Of a stretch of 64,000 nt of DNA, positions 39,181 to 52,300 are shown in pieces. The DNA is from Selaginella moellendorffii (Eukaryota > Plantae > Lycopodiophyta). The stretch covers positions 1 through 64,000 of the forward strand of contig NW_003314265.1 of assembly GCF_000143415.4 (NCBI RefSeq). Direction: 5' to 3'. The notes below the pieces were generated by a model. It made no database searches and was not told the DNA's origin. It worked only from the letters and a program-made list of their open reading frames with translations. The position numbers and the translations under genes were made by a program. Numbering within the stretch: position 1 is the first letter of the stretch; each line of letters starts with the position of its first letter.

Positions 39181-41026
39181 AAGTAACTATTTACTTTCAC
39201 AAACAACTAAAACTCTTGTATGTTTGAATATTTTATAGATATAAGCTCGAAAGAGTTATCCAAGTTCCATCATTTTGTGATTGATTCTCCAAAGTTTCGA
39301 CCGAGAGAGCCTATTTAGATCCAAGTTGAAAGACATGGTACATCATCTACTCGATTTCCCAGGTTCTTCACATACACACGAAAAGTTTTCTTCCCTTTAA
39401 CATACCCATCAATGGAGTGGACCAAACACAAGATCCACCAGGCACTCCAAAATCTAGAGAGTTTATATGGATTGGGCTGATGTTGTGGAAGTATCATAAT
39501 CTAGACACTTTCACAATAAAAAAGGTAATTTCTTAAAATATGTTTCACACTTTGAAAGAGACTCTTTCTAGTTCATTGGCAAAGTTAAAAGTAAGAATAT
39601 TCAAAATATTCCATAAATGCCCATTATAGGCACTTGTGGCCCTTTTTTGGCTTATGCTTGCCTCACTAAAGGTAATCACTATAGCTTCCAAAGTAGCTCC
39701 CAATTGAGTCAAAACTATTGAGCTTGGATGCTATATAATGCCCATCCTCGCTTGAGGAATTTTCAACCTGTTTCATGGTAGAACTAAAAGCACCCTCTGG
39801 GTCTGTGAATTCGTCTTTGCTTGTATCTCGAGCAGTAACATATCCCTCCCTGTTACTTTCTTCAACAGGACCTTTCCCCTCAGTGATTGGCACAACATTA
39901 GGAGTAGTTTTGGGCTGCCTTGTCAGAAGGATTGTTGAGCCTTGAGAGGAGGAGGCATTATATAGAATCCTTGGTTCTATCCCTTATTAGATCCATTGTT
40001 GTGCCTCAAAGAATTCATAGAATCCTCTTTAGTTTACCATGCCAAGAGGAAACACAAAAACCTCAAATATTGCAAAAGGGTTAGAGCATATAAGAAATTA
40101 TCACAAATCTACTCTTACCAAAGTGAGCATAAGTTTCTAATCCTTGAAAACTCCAATTCTTTGGCAACATACATTAGATAGTTTTGCCCCATTCTTGGAA
40201 ACCCTTTTTACAAATTTCAAAATTTAAAATGGTTATGATTGGAAAATGTTGAAAGTGTCCATTGTTATTTGAATGTTATTGCATGCAATTGCAACTTCCA
40301 TATTCTCAAATTTCCTTCTGCATGCTCCTCTTGAGAGAACTCCAAGTCTAAACATTAACATTATGCACTTTTGCGTAATACATAATTGAAATATAAGCCC
40401 CACCAATTCATGGAATTGGTTAGACTTCAATTTACTTTTGAGTTATATGTAAATCTTCTAAGCATCATGGTACAAAACTAAAGTGTTGAGAGAGCTACAC
40501 TAGAAATCAATGCCAAGGATAAGCTTAATGGGATGCATTAGAGACATGATTCTAGACAGTATATATCCATGGCTTTACAATGGAGCTAGATGGAGTTCAA
40601 TTATGCTTGCTATGAACATTATGTTAAAAGAGATGTGCCAAAAAAGGATAATTCAGTTCTTTTGCCATGAGTAAGATGTGAGAACATAGTGCTCTAGATA
40701 AAGTAGTATGGTATGCAATTGTCCATTTGGTTTGCAACATTAACAACTTATGGGATGAATGGGTCTATGGGCCATGAATGGCTCCATTCCATACATAGCA
40801 TAGGTCGTTGCTATGGGCATGATGCCCCATCCGGGGCATAAGGATTGGATATTTGTAAAATATTCTATGCTTGTGTTTTTTTCACTCATAATACACATGG
40901 ACCAATAGCAGGCATACACGTAGTGTGAGTGAAATCCATGTAAAATCCACCCTTTTACGAATTGCATGCCATAATTAGCTTCTTTATAATCCCCATCCAC
41001 GCTAGCCAGAAAACGGCGCTGTCGTT

Positions 41027-43390
41027 TCAGTTACCATTTGCTGAAGTGGTGATTATGTTCTCCACGACTTCAGGAACACTTCGGAGTCTCGCTGGAGATC
41101 CGTTCTCGGCCGGCATCGATGAAACTAGCTTCCGGAGACCGTTGTTACTGGCTTTCGTGTCAGTGATTGCGGATGGATAGCAGCGACTGAAACACGCGAC
41201 ACAGTATGGAGAAGCTACCTGAGTAGAGAGTTGTTAGTGTTGGATCATCTTATCGGTTGGTTGGCCCGCTTACCTCCAAGTACGCACGGCACGAGGACAT
41301 GAAGAGATTCGCTTCGCTGTCCTTGAGAATCCGCGTCGAGGAGTAGCGCAGCAGGGAATCCGAGACACTGCACAGTGCTTTCTGGAACTCGAGCGCTAGC
41401 CTGTTTGACAAGCTCACAGGAGCACACAGCCTTAGTTCGTTAAGAGCTGCCAGAATGCCTGTGAAAACACGATTGTGAGCGGCTCACGAGAGGAAGTGGC
41501 ACGTACCGTTGACAAACACGGCTAGAGGTGGATGTTCGATGAGAGACTGAGGAGGGGCGTTCTTGTCCTCGGAATCTCTGCTGGACAATCTAACTGAAGG
41601 CAAAGGAACCCAGCGGTGGGAATCGAGCATGTGCTGTAGACATAAAAGTTTATTCTTCCTCTCAACACTCGCTGAAGAAGAATTACCTGGAAGTTTTGCA
41701 ACGCTATCGACAAGTTCCGCACAAATAAGTCATACACGCACCTGCAAAAGACAATCACCAATAAGAACTATCCCCCGGAAGAGCTCAAGATAACTTACGA
41801 TTCAAAAATTGGTGGCAAAAGACCTCTAAAGTCGAGACCCACCCGGCCAAGACTCACCCCGCAGTACTGCCAAAAGCTCAAAACGTTGAAGCAAAGACTA
41901 GACATAGGATGCTCAACGTACCATGCACAAGTCTAAAATAAGAGCCAAGGATGCACCCTCGGTGACTTTGGGAAGCAACTCGCGCAGTGTGTCCAACAGG
42001 CAGGTTATGCGATGTGTTGCCCAGCTAAACAGGAGGCCACCATCCGAGGGCTCAGAAGTGTCATCTGAAAAAATAGCACGATATTGAGTGACAACATCGT
42101 GAATGTTCACACGATGGCACTCGGTCATGCTCTTCAAATACATGTAAGGACTGCCTTGGTCCAAATCGTCGAGAAGGCCAGCAAGCCAGGCCTCCCTACA
42201 TTTTAAAAACTGAAAGCATCAATTCAATAGGTGCTCACGAGCATTAAAACTGGAAGGTAGCTTACTTGCAACCGCAGCTCAATGTCGTGGAAAACTCCCA
42301 GTCTACGTAGATATCCTATTATTCTGAGGCACTCCGGAACCTACAACATTCAAAGCTCAACAAAGTATTCGACTGTTCCACGAAAACTACCTGAATATTG
42401 GACCGCAACCTCTGGAGGAGCTGTGCAAGAAGAGACTGCGTGTTTTGTCTCACATCCGCTACGAGAGACTGGATGACTGGTAGTCTATAAAGCAACTACA
42501 AAGATGAGACGAGAAAAAATACCGCAAACTAGATTGACGCACCTCATATGCATGGTGGCGAGCTTTGCCACGAACGCCTCAAGATCAAGAGCCTCGTCAT
42601 AGTTACCATTCCGCACACACCTGAAATCTGACTCAAACAAAAGTAAAGACAGAGAAAATAAGCCCGCTAACGTAAGGTACTTACGTATCCATCAGCTGAG
42701 GGATCTCAAGTAAATCCAGCAGAGTACTATGGTTCGCAAGCAATGTCCTGTTAAGCTTGCGTTTCTCAAGAATTTGCTGAGCCGAATCCATGAATTCATT
42801 GCAGCCGGCGGTCAGCTTAGGAATCTCTGCAATCTAAGATACGAACAAGTTAACAAAAGAAAATCTAAGCGAAAAAATCAGGAGCACACAAACCATGCCG
42901 AGCGATAAAAATCTAGCACAAGAATCATCTCAGGCAATCGAAAACAACTGAACAAACCATCTCAAGAACACATCAGAAAAATCATCTCAGAGCTAAAATC
43001 ATCGCAAACAATATAAGAACACACAAGCGAGTGAAACGAATCATCAAGCAAATCCAGATAAATGTACTTCACCAGGGATTCCACATGCTGATCGATACTA
43101 GCCACTTCCTTGGTGATGAACTGGAGCGATTCAGCCGCCGTGATGAATGCTCGATAATGCCCCACCGCGACCTCTTGCATCTGGCGAGAGATCCGCTCGG
43201 CATCGACCCGCAGGAGCTCCGGTTCCTACAATCGGTCCGATGGATCTAGAAATATTTCGTCAAGAACTAGATCTAGACTTACCTTGTGGAGGCGATCCAG
43301 CGGATAGGAGAGTAGATCCGAGACATAGGACTGCTGGAACACATTCTCCAGTCCTGGCGGAAGCGCCTGCTGGTCGGGCGCCATCGCCAT
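41027..43390 (-). CDS. COG8: Conserved oligomeric Golgi complex subunit 8 (Dor1), multi-exon
   Basis: [60 protein letters not shown] and [10 protein letters not shown]. Confidence 0.93.
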
Positions 43391-43461
43391 TCCTTCCCAG
43401 CAAAATAAAATAAAAGCTACTACCGCGATAGGGTTTGGTTTAGCTCATCTAGGGTTCTTCA
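43391..43461. promoter_or_regulatory. 71-bp divergent (bidirectional) promoter region with a telo-box
   Basis: Head-to-head ATGs of COG8 (43390) and SRP72 (43462). TAGGGTTT at 43429-43436. Confidence 0.6.
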
Positions 43462-45698
43462 ATGTGGAAGGGAGGAGGCGTCTCAGCTCCGCCGCAGCAG
43501 CCCGACGATGATGCGCTCCACGATCAGCTGGCGCAGCTGGAAGCGCTGCTCAAGAGCTCCAGGAAGAACTACAAGCAAATTCTCAAGATCGCCGAGCAAG
43601 GTGTGGAGTTTTTGCGAAGAGAATGCTAAATGCGATGTGTTTTTCGCTTGTGTAGTGCTGGCGGTGCATCCAGATGACCCGGATGCGCTGAATTGCAAAG
43701 TGGTTGCTCTGATCAACAGTGACAGCTTTGGCGATGCTTTGGCTGCGATCGACTCGGCAGGATCGGTGGTGGATCTGAAATTTGAGAAGGTGAGGATTGA
43801 AACATTGTTCTTCTCCAGTCAAGCGTTTTTCATGACCTTTGTTTTTTCCTTTGTAGGCATATTGCTTGTACCGTCTTGGTCGCTTCGCGGAGGTCTTACA
43901 GATCTTACAAGGAGTGGAAAACAGCCCAGGTGTTCTCCAACTCAAAGCCCAGACTCTCTTCAAGACAGGTGATCTTAACGCCTGCGTTGAAACTTACGAG
44001 ACCATTCACCGCGAGTTTAGCATCGAGTCGAGCGAAGTGAAGAGCAATGCCATTGCTGCCTATGTCTCTGGAGGAAGATCCAGGGAGGCTTTCGAGCGCA
44101 TGCGATCGATGCAAGTCAATCCCAAAACTCTTTTCGAGCTGGCATATAACGTCGCATGCGTTTTGATAGACCAAGGAGAGCTCTCGCAAGCCGAAGAGCA
44201 TCTACTTCTGGCACGTAGACTCGGGCAGGAAATGCTGCTCGAGGACGAGTACAGCGAAGATGAGATTGAGGACGAGCTTGCTCCAGTAACAGCTCAACTG
44301 GCCTATGTGCTACAGGTAACCACACTCTAGTTTTCCATGCGGCTCGATTCTTATGACATTTTTGTCTCAGTTACAAGGACGTGCAACCGAGGCCACGGAG
44401 AGTTGCCTTGCAATCTTGAACAGAGATTTGAAGGAGAAGGACCTGCCAACCTTGGCTGTCGTTTCGAACAATCTCGCAGCTATTCGCAAAAACAAGGATG
44501 CATCCGACTCCTTAAGGAAGCTCGAAGTTGTCCTGAAGAAGGATGCAGATGGTAAACGTCTCCAGTTTCCCGAAGCCTTGGGACAGAAGATGTCCATCAA
44601 TCAGAAAGAGGCTCTAGTCTATAATTACTTTCTACTGCTTCTCAGCACCAACAAACTTAACCAGGTGAGCTTTCCGATTATCTGCCGCTCTTTTTTTCTT
44701 AAACATTCTTGCTGTTCCAGGCGCGCGAACTTATACCATCACTCGTGGAAGAATACAGCGGCAGCAGCATGCCCGTTGTTCTCAAGGCCTGCTTGTCATT
44801 GAAAGAAGGAAAAATCGATCTTGCGGAAGAAGTTTTGGGGGAGTACGCAGAGAAAAACTCCGAAAGCACCGTTGAGCCGTTGCTCCTGTGTGCGCAAGCC
44901 AGGACCACTGCTGGACACTATCTGGAAGCTGCGGACGTCCTCCGGAAGGCCACAGATATCAGGCATATGCCAGCGATAGTGGCGACGGCAGTTGATCTCA
45001 AGGAACGCGGAGGCGACGTGCAAGGGGCCCAAACCATCCTGCTCGAGTCTGTGAAATGGTGGGAAGACAGTATGGAGGAGACGAGGGACGAGATAGTAGA
45101 GCTGCTGCTGCACGAGGCTGCGAAGCTAAAGCTGAAGACGAAGGACTTTGCAGGGGCGGCTGAGTTATATGAAAGGCTTGCAAAGAGCTCTTCTTCCAAG
45201 GCAGTCGGGCTGGAAGCCATCACGGGGCTCGTCTCCTGCTTTGCCGAGACCGACGTGGCCAAAGGAGAGACTTTTGAGAAACAGCTCCCGGACGTAAAGG
45301 TGGTGGACGCAAGCAAGCTTGAAGAGAGCTCTGTGGTTCCGGGTGGCAGTAAAACGATTCAAGCGAACGTCGAGGAGAAACCAGCCGAGGAAAAGAAGAG
45401 GAAGAGGAAGAGAAAGCCTCGGTATCCGAAAGGCTACGATCCAGAGAACCCGGGGCCGCCGCCGGATCCAGAGAGGTGGATGCCAATGCGGGAGCGGTCT
45501 TACTACAGGCCCAAGAAGAAGGACAAGCGCACTGCACAGCTGAGAGGGTCTCAAGGAGCGATTTCCAGGGACACTTCCTCTTCCTCGGCAGTAGCAGCAG
45601 GAGCAGCAGGAGCAGCAGCAGGATCGAATGGTCCCAGCACTTCCAAGCCTGCCGAGACAAGAGGTGGTGGCAAGAACAAGAAGAAAGGCCGGCGGTGA
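43462..45698 (+). CDS. SRP72: Signal recognition particle subunit SRP72, multi-exon
   Basis: CKVVALI, FEKAYCLYR, FELAYNVAC, EIEDELAP and C-terminal RKRKPRYPKGYDP..PDPERWMPMRERSYYR. Confidence 0.95.
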
Positions 45699-45801
45699 TG
45701 CTCTTCTCTCCGAGGTACTCGAAGCTTTCTTTTTGTTCTTCCAGATCATGAGAAACATTTTTGTTAAAGCTCTTATGACAAGTTCTCCAAGTTCTTTGGT
45801 T

Positions 45802-48800
45802 TTACAAGACTTTAATGGACCAATCTTTGTCGATGGATACGTTTGGCAGCCTGACGGCCACAGCGTTGGATTTGAGCTTGGCTCGCAAGACCGGAGGCGC
45901 TGCCTCGATGTCGGCCTGCCTATCTTGGCCCCCCTCCTCCACAAGAGCTCGGTGTGCTGCCGGGACTTTCTTTGCATCCAGGCCCAGGATGATGATCCTC
46001 TCGACCGTGGAGAGAGTCTTGTAGCTCTTGCTGGCTGGTGAGGCCGAGGACGAGGAGAGTTTGCCTCCCGAGAAGCTAAAGCGACGGTGGATGAAAGCTC
46101 CTTTCTCAAACTCGTAGCTCTTGCCGTCGTCGATGTAGAGCTCTCCTTGTGCTTCTTGAGTAGAGTTTAGCGCGATCACCTATAAAAGTTTGTGCTTCGT
46201 GAGATTCTCGTTCAAGCGATGGAAGTAAAAGAGGATGGCTTACCAAAGTGTATGGATCATCCACCATCTGGGATGAGCTGCGCCTAAACCTGTCCTTGCG
46301 AGGAATTATCGTTCCACCCCGCTGGAATGCAGGGATGGAGTCTTGTGAGACAGCGAGCTTGTAAGTTTTGCCACCATTGAAACTTTGGCCGGTCTTTATG
46401 TCAAACCATGGCTCGGATCCTGGCAGATAGACCGTCTCCAAATTCGATCCCTGAAAACAGCAACGAAGTTGGAAAACATTTTATTTTCTTCTCAAGCAGA
46501 AGTTTACAACTTACTTCCGTGTACACGCTGCGGACGAGCAGTGCATCGCCGATAAGGAACTCGTCGTCCATTGCAAACGTCTCGGGATCGTTCGGATGCT
46601 CAAACCAAAGTGGTCGCATCACAGGAATGCCTGTTTCGTGCGCTTCCCGGAAAAGAGTGTAGTAGTAAGGGAGCAGTGCATAGCGTGTATGAATGGCTTC
46701 ACGAATCCGAGACGTGTATGGCTCCCTGCACAACAAAAAAGCAGTTTTTCATAGCCTTCTTAGGAAAAGCTAGCAAAGAACTTCATACCCAGGAATCCAT
46801 GGTTCTCTCCGCTTTGTGTCAAGGTGAGCATGAGCTCTAAAAAAGGGATAAAACGCTCCTAGCTGATACCAGCGAGTCAGTAACTCCGAACTAGGATTCC
46901 CAAAGAATCCTCCAACATCCGCCCCTGGAAGAGCATTGTCAAGGATGTCTTTGATAGAAATGTATCATACCTGTGAACGCGATTCCAGTTATCCCGAGAG
47001 ACAAAATCATAGGCACTGAAACTCTGAGCTGTTCCCAGTCTGCAGTGTTATCACCAGTCCAAATGGGACCAATCTTCTGAGTTCCGGCAAAGACAGCTCT
47101 TGACAGAACAAATGGTCTTTGGCCTTCGCGATTCCGAAGGCCTTGCGTTGTGGCCATATGGAAATAGTAACCATAAGCATTGTGAACGTCACGGTGCTCA
47201 ATGCCGTTATAGTGAAGGTTGTCTCGCGGCATGGAAACCTGGAAGCGAACGTGAATCCCTGAAGAAAAAATCGAGCAAACGTACCTCCGGCCCATTAAAC
47301 ACGGATGGCTCGTTCATGTCATTCCAAATGTGAAGAATCGACGTTGAGCCAACGTAGTTCTTCAGCGTGAACTTCTCCGCCCACCAAGCACGAATCTCCG
47401 GATTCACCAAGTCGGGGTAGGACGATGAGCCCGGCCAGCACCAGCCATCGTAGTCGCTTCCATGCGAGTTTTTCACGTAGTAGCCTTTGGACGTAGCTTC
47501 TTTGTGGAGAGCAAAGCCTTCGTCCCTCTTGATGTGTGGATCCACTATCGCCACCATATGCCGACCTTTAGCCTCGAGCTTAGCTTGCATCTCCTTTGGA
47601 GTGGGAAAAGTGATCGGATCCCAAGTGAAGTAGCGCTTGCCATCGGTGTGCTCGATATCCAGCCAGATGACATCATACGGGATATCATACTCGTCAAACT
47701 TCGCATCAACCTGAGCAACATCAGCTTCGTCCTTGTAGTTCCAGCGGCACTGATGATATCCGATGGAGAAAAATGGTGGCATCGCTGTTGTTCCAGTGAC
47801 ACCGGTGTACTGCTGCACCACGTCCTTGGGTCCAGGACCAACGAAAACGAAAGCGTCCACGATCCCAGCCTCCGCAAACCAATGAGTGTCGATGCCTTGC
47901 TTGGACTCCTCCCCGGCGGCACCGTCCCAGCCTGGTGATAAAACGTCGATGAGCATCTCCGCCGCGTTGAGCCAGAAGAACCCCGAGGTCCTCTTGGAGC
48001 CGTGAGAGAGCATAAACGGGATGGATCCATACAACCCGAATGGCGACTCGGCGAGGTACTCGAACACGTCCAGGTTGAAGAGTCGATAAGGCTCCGAGTG
48101 TTCTTCCGTCCCTCTCGTCGGCTTCAAGGCCAAGCTCGTTGCTCGCTCTGGAATCCCGTAGACGTGCTCGGCACCGTGGAAAGAAACGTCGAAGCCGATG
48201 GATTGAGGTCCATATGGCCTCGAGTCAGTGTGGCTTCGGAAGTGTTCCTCCCAGTTCTCGCCTTCTTGCTTCTCCCGGCGCTGCTCGAAGTGAAACAAGC
48301 CTTTGCCGTTGACGGACACAAGCTTTTCCTGTCCTCTGGTGACATACACCTGGAACGGCTCGTGTTGCAACACGACTTCATGACCGGAAGAAAGGTAGAA
48401 CGTTGAGAGTCCATCTTTCGCTGTGATCCGCTGGAGCCACAGCCGCTTCTTCTCCAAACCGTCCACAAGAACGTCGGGGACTTCGAAACGCTTCTTGCCT
48501 CCGGGGACGTTCTCTTGGTCGACTTTGATCCGCAGCACACCACCTTGATACACCATGAGCTTGAGCACCAAGTTGTCTGACCCGGTGGAATTCTCGGGGA
48601 TTAGCCGTGCTTGCACGAATCCATCCACAACTTCGGCGGGCGAGGCTCGGAATCCAGAGCTCCCGGGTTTGCGAGCGCGAGAGTCCTTGCAAAAGGGAGT
48701 CTGCTGGCACTTTCGAAACTCCTCGCTCTTAAAGCATGTCACCGTGTTGAGAGCAAGGAACACGAACACCACCGAGGCTGCGAATGCGAAGCTTCTTGCC

Positions 48801-48802
48801 AT
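45802..48802 (-). CDS. RSW3: Glucosidase II alpha subunit (GH31), multi-exon
   Basis: Signal peptide, [27 protein letters not shown], catalytic [19 protein letters not shown] and GELYIDDG. Confidence 0.95.
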
Positions 48803-49338
48803 CTTTTACAAGCCTGCAAGGAAAACGTATGAAAAATGTAAGCCAAGAGCAAAGAAAAAACTAGAAAAACAATCTAAGATCAAAGAGAGACTCCCAGGAA
48901 CAATTGCTTCCCATCAAGCCAGCGCTAAGAAAAATCTCCCAAGAACAGCCCCAGCAATGCAAAACTCCAGACACCAAAAAGCCATACCAGGATCGGCCAG
49001 GAGGAAGAATGCGCCGATTAAAAACCCTCTAAAACCCCTATGACCGAGCAAAATACTCACAGAGATCGATGGAGCACTCACAGCGGTGTTGCGCGATCAG
49101 GCCAGCATCCCTATCGATCGATCGCCGGCGTCGTCGCGTCCAGGGCTGGATCGGGCGAGGAGAATATACCCTTTTACATAAAAGCATGGCCCTAGCCCTA
49201 AGCTATGGCGGATCTCTTTAGGTAGAGCGCGATCCAATTGAGCTTGTTCTTGGGAGAATTCGCGCGAGCATGGCCGGAGTCGATCTACATTCAAGACGAG
49301 AGGTATGATCCGATGAAATTAGCGGCGCTTCTAGATTC

Positions 49339-52300
49339 ATGGACAAGGCAAGGAAGAAGAAAGGGCAGGACAAGCGGGATGTGACGCAAAACAGGAAATC
49401 TAGAGGCCGAGAGGAAGACGATGGTGCCGCTGGCGCGCAGAGAAGCTCCGCGCCTGAGATCGCGAAATCGAGGCTATCCAGTTGCTTTTCCAGGTCTGGG
49501 GGTTCGTCTAAGCCCGACGCTGCCAGTCGCGGGATTGAAATTTCGGTGAATAGCAGCAGTGGCAATTGCGCTGCTGCTCCTCCTGGAGAAGAAGATCTGC
49601 CACCTGGTTTTAGAGAGACGACTGCCAGTCCGGTTGGTGTCAATCCTGCTCAAAGTCTCTCCGGGGGTTTTACGAGGAGATTGACAGAAGAAGAAAAGGA
49701 GAAGTTTAGGAAGGAAAATAGGTGCTACACTTGTGGTGAAGAGGGACATACGTACTTTCGCTGCCCCAAAGGAGAGAAACGTTTGCATGCTATCCAGGCA
49801 GAGAAGAACGCAAGATCCAACTACAAAGTAAGCTTCCTCTCTGTTTTTTTTTTCCTTTCCTTTCTATCTTCTGTGTGGCTCACAAAGTTCTGTGTATTTC
49901 CTTTCTTCAGCTCTGGCGTGATCCTTATTGGTCCTATAAATCTCAAAGTGGAGAAATGCAGGGTCCTTTCTCGCTGCTGACGCTTGCTAGCAAGCTTCAC
50001 GATGGTTACGTAAATGGATGGTGCGAGGTAAAATCCAACACTATTCTCTAAGCTGGCTAACTTCTTTCCTGTTGTTTATGAAGGTCATGCATGTGCATGT
50101 CCAAATCGCATGCTTTGCTCTCGGCAATCTTTTGGAACTAGCCGACCAGCAAGCTCTCGGAGATTTGATTCAAGCCAAGGTAGCCATGCAGGATTCGACA
50201 CCGGACGATAATCCATCGTTGAGCCACGTCCAAACCAATCTGTATTTGGATGTCGTCGATGAAATTGTCGATGATCTCGTGGACGCGTGCTTGAGTTCCA
50301 GGCGGAAGCGGGGAAGATCTTTACAAAACGACAGCTATCCAGCCACTGGATCTGTCAAGGCTGAGGCCAGTGCTCCTGTGGCATCACATCCGGAACCAAC
50401 AGCTCATAAACCAGATTGTGACAAGGTTAGCGTTCTATAGTACGACGTTTTATCTCGTCCAACATTTTATTGTTGCAGGAGCCAGTATTTGAGCAAGCAC
50501 AAGAGGAAGTTCGGCAAACAACAAGAGCCGAGATCCTAACGCTGGAGAGTATACAAAAAAGGCTTCATACAACTGTTGTCGAGGCAGCTAAACGAACGAT
50601 ACTAGATGCTGCCGTCGGACAGTATTTAAATGGGTGGATCTTGCAGCAGGAGAGTCGGAAAAAATCCCAGATTGAGCAAGAAGCTCTTTGTCAGAAATTG
50701 GTTAGTTTTTTTCTTCGCAATTGGCAACTAACTGGAGTTTCTTTTCAGGATGATGCACCTACTGAGTGCGATGTTGATAAAATGGCCTGTGATCAGCCCA
50801 TACTTCCACGAAAGTCGCATAAGCAAGAAGACGGGAAGCGACGAAATAAAGCGACGAAGCGTGCACCAAGTACGGGCATCGAAGAAAATGGAGCAACCGT
50901 AAGAGAAGAAGCTGCAGATGAACGTGTTCCACGAAAACGCCTCAAGAAGCGGAAGGAGCTGGAACAAACTCCATCTGTGGAGAACAAGGAACAGGGAAAA
51001 CTCCAAAATAGCGAAATGCAAGATGCTGTCGCCGCCGACTATCAGTCTCAGTCCTCGCTTCTTGAGACACATCCAGCGGCCGACATGTCAAATAAGGAAG
51101 AGGGGTCTCCAGAAGTGAACGTGGTGAAAGCTGGAAAGCAAGTGGTGAAGAAAAAACGTAAGTCACACAAGGATAACGACGGGGGACGACGAAAGAAATC
51201 GAAGAAGCGTGTGGCGTCGGGCGTGGTGGCGGGGGAAGATAGTGGAGCGGCTTTACGTGACGAAGTAGCCCTGGAACGTATTCCACGGAAACGTTTGAAG
51301 AAGCTGGAACAGGTTCTTGAATCGCATATGATGGAGAGAACCGAAAAGAAAGAAGAAAGTCCACAAGAGCATGGAGGAGAAATGCTAGCAGAGGAAACAA
51401 TCGAACAGGATCACGAGGAAACAACAACTGAACAAGATCAGGAGAACAAGGTTCCGGAGCTTTTCTCTGATAAACCATCAAGCACAGTGATAGTCGTCGA
51501 GGAGGAGAAAGGACAAGACGAGACTGGAGAAGCAGCGCCGCTGATCGAACTCGATGAAGACACTTTTCAGCGTAAAGTTTTGGAGGCTGCTGAACTTAGT
51601 GCGAAGTACAGAGATCTGGACATGACGATCAGCGTAGAGGGTGATGCAAAAAAAGCAGATCCTTTGGCTTCAGTAAGCTGTGCGAGGTGCTACGGGCTGA
51701 GCGGATGGCAATGGCGGGAATGGCCTGGTAAGGCAAGACATCCTACCAAAACAGCTGCTGTTCAACAACATCATCATCCACAACCACAACAGCTCCGCCA
51801 CCATCAACATGAGAATAGAAAGACAGCAGCATCCTCTCAAGTCCAACGGAGCAGAAGAAACAGAGTGGAAAACCGATTGCTGGGAACACATTTTAAGGTG
51901 CATTACTGGTTTTCGAGACGTATGCTAAAGCTTGTTCTCTTCTCTTCATGCAGGCCCGCACGAAGAGTTTGAAGTTTCAGCGCAGCAAGATACATTCCTG
52001 GGGCGTCATTGCGCTTCAGTCTATAGAGCCTGAAGATTTTGTCATCGAGTACATTGGCGAGCTGGTTCGTTCGAAAGTGAGTATGATCTTTGCTTGTTTG
52101 GAGGCGAACTACTGCCGATGATTCTTTAGGTGGCGGACTTGCGTGAGCGTCGATACGAAAAGATGGGAATCGATAGCAGTTACTTGTTTAGAGTAGACGC
52201 GGAGAACGTCGTAAGTGTCACAGTTCTGTGTTTTCTTCTGACGCATTTTTTCCGTTAGGTGGATGCGACCAAACACGGGGGCCTCGCGAGATTTATCAAT

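Larger units (their letters stand above)
33651..40973 (+). mobile_element. 7.3-kb TIR DNA transposon, IS3EU-like, decayed
   Basis: TIR TATGGCGTGCAATTCATGAAA vs the reverse complement of 40953-40973 (18/21, transitions only). Subterminal 12/12 inverted match 33693-33704 / 40924-40935. TSD ATTAG at 33646-33650 and 40974-40978. Internal integrase-like remnants. Confidence 0.85.
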
